Shown here: in pieces, positions 36,126-36,264 of the stretch | Layout of the letters: each line of letters opens with the position of its first letter | Position numbering within the stretch: position 1 is the first letter of the stretch | Assembly (NCBI RefSeq): GCF_006345805.1 | Contig: NW_021826222.1 | Coordinates: 1-36,264 of the forward strand | Direction of reading: 5' to 3' | Source: Octopus sinensis | Lineage: Eukaryota | Length of the DNA stretch: 36,264 nucleotides | The notes under the pieces: generated by a model | What the model saw: the letters and a program-made list of their open reading frames with translations, nothing else | What the model was told of the DNA's origin: nothing | Database searches by the model: none | Made by a program: the position numbers and the translations under genes

Positions 36126-36264
36126 TGGATGCAGATATATCAAGCCTCCGAGGTGATTTCACGAAAATGGGGAAAGCAAGCTATTAGGTTTCCAAGCAAG
36201 TATCTGGCATAATTACTTGAACCTCTACTCGGGTTTGATTGGATATTCTGAAATGTAGGCAGAT

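Overview
AT-rich, microsatellite-dense eukaryotic DNA, most likely intronic or intergenic sequence from a cephalopod (Octopus-like). The organism call is inferred from the SINE families and simple-repeat load. No intact host gene is recognisable; there is one plausible terminal exon (28244-28438, minus strand). The window is mostly transposon debris: about 30 tRNA-derived SINE copies from roughly five families, Penelope-like element (PLE) RT and endonuclease remnants, an L1/Tx1 3' end, an L2/CR1-like 3' end, two mariners, pogo-like and hAT-like MITEs, and a non-autonomous Helitron. The most notable signal is five minimal type I hammerhead-ribozyme motifs from three different sequence families. 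Four of them sit in divergent inverted pairs, one pair forming a perfect 75-bp-arm palindrome. Also notable are a PLE that appears to be a chimera of two clades joined at the RT catalytic motif, SINE multimers with a fixed junction, and elements inserted in family-specific microsatellites. Nearly all ORFs in the supplied track are microsatellite artefacts. All alignments and folds were done by eye.
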